From positions 1-8,401 of the forward strand of contig NZ_JAEDAM010000041.1 in assembly GCF_018420025.1 (NCBI RefSeq): 8,401 bases of DNA, in the 5' to 3' direction. Source of the DNA: Candidatus Vampirococcus lugosii. Its GTDB lineage: Bacteria > Patescibacteriota > Gracilibacteria > Absconditabacterales > Absconditicoccaceae. Numbering within the stretch: position 1 is the first letter of the stretch; each line of letters opens with the position of its first letter. Of this stretch, positions 7,691-8,401 are shown one piece after another. The notes below the pieces were generated by a model. That model made no database searches. It had not been told where the DNA came from and saw only the letters and a list, made by a program, of their open reading frames with translations. A program made the position numbers and the translations under genes.

Positions 7691-8401
7691 TATAGTTCTA
7701 AGGCACAGACTACACTAAACCCGAGAACCTTACTATAGGTAGAGCGGTTCACAGTAACGAAACTCGAAAGCAGGTGGCGGGACCAAACAGTACTACCAGA
7801 CTCAGTACTAGACCACCAGTAACTGTAGATACCTAAACTGTAGAAACTACCAAACGTAATGCGGTAGCCTGGTAATGAAGATATAAGTCATCACATCTTA
7901 CTATTAGGACCACTTGCATTCCATCCTAAACCATCACATCTCCAGTTGATATTTTCAGAATCAGTACATCACAAGCCGATTTCTAAGGCTTGCCACTGTG
8001 CATCAGAAGGAAGAGACCATCAAGCTCATAATTCTTCACATACAGTCATAGCAGCATCCCAATCATATAGTCTACCGTATGTATTACAATTGGAAATATC
8101 ATCATCATAACACCATGAATTTCCTGCACTTGGAGTGTGTTTCATATTGGTACTAGTCCAACAGTTTCAGTCTGGCATTGATTTAGTTGTATAACTCTCA
8201 CTTCAATCATTAGTAGAAACTACATCTCAACAAGTCCATGTACTTCCTCAGCCTCCATCACTTGCTCAAGTAGATCATTGTTGTTCTACATATTCATTTA
8301 CTCAACTAAATACTTCATCCAAACTATCACCTGATAAACTTGTTCCATCTTGTTTTTTTACAATCTCACTATTATCTCATAATACAATAAATGAAGATCA
8401 A
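7690..8401 (-). CDS. Fibrobacter succinogenes major paralogous (FISUMP, TIGR02145-like) domain protein, 5'-truncated by the window edge
   Basis: The minus-strand frame is open from 8400 to TAA at 7692-7690 (236 codons, 14 of them TGA). The C-terminal region reads NSWCYDDDISNCNTYGRLYDWDAAMTVCEELGAGWSLPSDAQWQALE...LPGYRITFGSFYSLGIYSYWWSSTESGSTVWSRHLLSSFVTVNRSTYSKVLGFSVVCALEL*. This matches the FISUMP hallmarks YGxLYNW, GWxxPSxxEW, GYRxxxGxF, YWSST and GFSVRC. Confidence 0.8.

Noticed and set aside
7690-7900. GC-rich segment that first looked like a possible structured RNA gene (tRNA or ncRNA) in an otherwise AT-rich window
   Set aside because: Its reverse complement translates cleanly, with TGA=Gly, into the conserved C-terminus of a FISUMP domain (LPGYR...YWWSST...GFSVVC) ending in TAA. 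No cloverleaf or conserved RNA motif was seen.
1-8401. TGA read as Trp (table 4, Mycoplasma-like), suggested by the low GC
   Set aside because: TGA falls on invariant Gly positions (Walker A, the TruB GHxGTLDPxAxG motif, the FISUMP GW), and TGG is used separately where Trp is expected. Trp substitution would destroy these motifs.

Overview
This is an AT-rich bacterial window that only makes sense if TGA is read as glycine (translation table 25, used by Absconditabacteria/SR1 and Gracilibacteria in the CPR/Patescibacteria). The supplied standard-code ORF track is therefore mostly artefact. Its three sense-strand ORFs (364..579, 3293..3604, 6357..6584) are fragments of much longer genes, and its minus-strand ORFs are antisense shadows. 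Re-translating by hand with TGA=Gly gives a tightly packed plus-strand array. In order: the 3' end of an unknown gene with terminator hairpins, a 185-aa hypothetical protein, an ABC-transporter ATPase with an in-frame TAA, and truB. These are followed by a 465-aa two-domain protein (C39-like cysteine peptidase plus an M14-like zinc-peptidase motif set), mltG, a 159-aa membrane-anchored protein and a 540-aa multi-Ig/FN3-like surface protein with a sorting-signal-like C-terminus. A 616-bp convergent intergenic region follows. It holds stacked palindromic terminators, an 11-bp direct repeat, and a 22-codon remnant resembling the N-terminus of AAA-ATPase-like (PF09820-type) proteins. The window ends in a minus-strand, 5'-truncated gene for a Fibrobacter-succinogenes-major-paralogous (FISUMP, TIGR02145-like) domain protein, which is clearly more GC-rich than the rest yet also uses TGA=Gly. 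All nine gene-terminal stop codons are TAA. No rRNA, tRNA, CRISPR array or mobile element was recognised. All protein family calls rest on hand translation and remembered motifs; no database search was run.
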